Assembly: GCA_021769525.1 (NCBI GenBank) | Contig: JAETSQ010000003.1 | Location: forward strand, 36,151 to 100,150 | Reading direction: 5' to 3' | DNA from: Oscillospiraceae bacterium | Lineage (GTDB): Bacteria; Bacillota; Clostridia; Oscillospirales; Ruminococcaceae | Length of the DNA: 64,000 nucleotides | Program-made: the position numbers and the translations under genes | Shown here: positions 62,709 through 64,000 of the stretch, in pieces | How positions within the stretch are numbered: the first letter of the stretch is position 1 | Layout: each line of letters starts with the position of its first letter | Notes under the pieces: model-generated | The model's database searches: none | What the model was told of the DNA's origin: nothing | The model's input: only the letters and a program-made list of their open reading frames with translations

Positions 62709-63860
62709 ATGGGAAAGGCCAGCCAGTTTGACAAGCTGCGCCGGAGCCGCAAGCGCAAGCGGTTCTTCCGGCGGACCGTGGCGGCCATTGCCGGAACGGC
62801 ACTGACGCTGGCCTGCCTGGCGGCCTTCGCGGTGGTGTACCAGCTGGACCTGCGCAGCGCCCTGGAAAATTCCGTCGCTTCCCTCAAGGGGGGCGGGGGC
62901 TTTCCGGTGCCCCTCACCGAGGTGAACGTTCAGCAGCTCCTCCCCATGGGCGGGGATGTGGCGGTGGTCACCGGCGCGGGGACCTACATCTACAACGGCA
63001 ACGGCGCCCTGCTGAACAGCTGCCTGAGCAGCTACCGCACCCCCCAGACCAAGACGGCGGGGGGCAAGCTCCTCACCTACGACCTGGGGGGCAGCGGCCT
63101 GCGGGTGGATAACAAGGCCAAGAACCTTTACACCACCACCGTCAGCGGCACCCTGCTGGCGGCGGACATTGCCCCCACCGGGGCCATCGCCGCCGTCCAG
63201 TCGGTCCCCGGCGCCTACGCCCAGGTCTCCGCCTACAATCCCCGGTTTGAGCTGATGTACGCCTGGACGGTGCAGGACAGCTACATCACCGGGGTGTCCC
63301 TCTCCCCGCGGGGGGAGCGGATGTCCTGCGCCGGCCTCACCATGGAGGGGCAGCACCTGGTTTCCCTCCTGCGCATCCACCATTTTGACCGGGACCAGGA
63401 GGCGGCCCGCGTCTCCCTCCCGGATCAGCTCATCGTCTCCATGGTCTGGAACGATGAGGACGAGATCCAGGTGGTCACCAACCGGAATCTTTACCTCTTC
63501 AGCAGCGAGGGGGAGCAGCTGGCTATGACCGCCCTTCCGGGGGAGCTGATCACCTACGAGAATGTCCCCGGAGCGATATACATAGCCTACGGCGACTACC
63601 GGGACCCGGCAGGGGTCACCGTCCTCAGCTATTCCGGCGACCTGGAGCGGGAGGGCTCCGTCAGCCTGGACCGGCGGCTCATCTCCATCACCTCGGACGG
63701 GAACCATGTCCTGGTGCTGGCGGAGGGTCAGCTTTACCTGGGGGATCCCTCCCTCCGGGAGCTGAAGCAGCGCGGCCACAGCGATCTCTATATGGTCTGT
63801 CCGGCGGGGAGCTACATCTACGGCGTCTCCCCCGACGGCCTCATCCACGCCCCGCTGTAG
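62709..63860 (+). CDS. DUF5711-like membrane-anchored beta-propeller protein
   Basis: Basic N-terminus plus TM, then repeated beta-blade patterns; followed by a CvpA-like ORF. Confidence 0.65.
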   Translation: MGKASQFDKLRRSRKRKRFFRRTVAAIAGTALTLACLAAFAVVYQLDLRSALENSVASLKGGGGFPVPLTEVNVQQLLPMGGDVAVVTGAGTYIYNGNGALLNSCLSSYRTPQTKTAGGKLLTYDLGGSGLRVDNKAKNLYTTTVSGTLLAADIAPTGAIAAVQSVPGAYAQVSAYNPRFELMYAWTVQDSYITGVSLSPRGERMSCAGLTMEGQHLVSLLRIHHFDRDQEAARVSLPDQLIVSMVWNDEDEIQVVTNRNLYLFSSEGEQLAMTALPGELITYENVPGAIYIAYGDYRDPAGVTVLSYSGDLEREGSVSLDRRLISITSDGNHVLVLAEGQLYLGDPSLRELKQRGHSDLYMVCPAGSYIYGVSPDGLIHAPL

Positions 63861-63928
63861 AACAGGGGTAGAATAGCGGAAAAACGGGACCGGGCGCCCT
63901 TCGTCCGGGAAAGGAGCGAACCGAAACT

Positions 63929-64000
63929 ATGGACCTGCCAATGAACATCATTCTGGATGTGGCCCTGGGCCTCATCCTTCTTTCCATCCTGCACACCTCC
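63929..64000 (+). CDS. Probable CvpA-family membrane protein, N-terminus (runs off window)
   Basis: SD aaggag; MDLPMNIILDVALGLILLSILHTS. Only 24 codons visible. Confidence 0.45.
   Translation, partial: MDLPMNIILDVALGLILLSILHTS

Overview
GC-rich chromosomal segment from a spore-forming Clostridia member (Oscillospiraceae/Ruminococcaceae-like; inferred from sleC, ecfA1-A2-T-truA, a T-box and sigma-A promoters). It holds about 52 real CDS, mostly housekeeping: an MBOAT/DHHW acylation operon, metY, a Tau/Ssu-type ABC transporter, cls, T-box-controlled metNIQ, rbsK, a choline/glycerophosphodiester cluster, thiI/cysteine desulfurase, oppA, dac, ABC-F, a UvrD helicase, an [FeFe]-hydrogenase, ruvCAB, glmM and the ECF module. 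There is one tRNA-Val(GAC). I saw no CRISPR array, transposase or integrase. Most notable observations: (1) a 1287-aa single-pass membrane protein joining a degenerate CinA (cytoplasmic) to an intact class B sortase, a helical stalk, four Big_2 domains and a PNPVD repeat tail; (2) a 162-bp MITE family (3 copies) with 19-bp TIRs and 3-bp TSDs, where two TSDs are the stop codons of the upstream genes and the internal rod hairpin covaries between subfamilies; (3) a second, bipartite hairpin repeat family (4 copies) with compensatory changes and an RCGG loop; (4) a terminator-containing leader ahead of the HTH-LicC-LicA/BCCT/MFS/GDPD cluster; (5) twin MerR-type 19-bp-spacer promoters, one driving a cell-wall amidase/DD-carboxypeptidase operon; (6) anti-tRNA repeats and a candidate sRNA downstream of tRNA-Val; (7) an unknown membrane protein coupled inside the ECF operon. 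All calls come from motif reading by eye; no searches were run.
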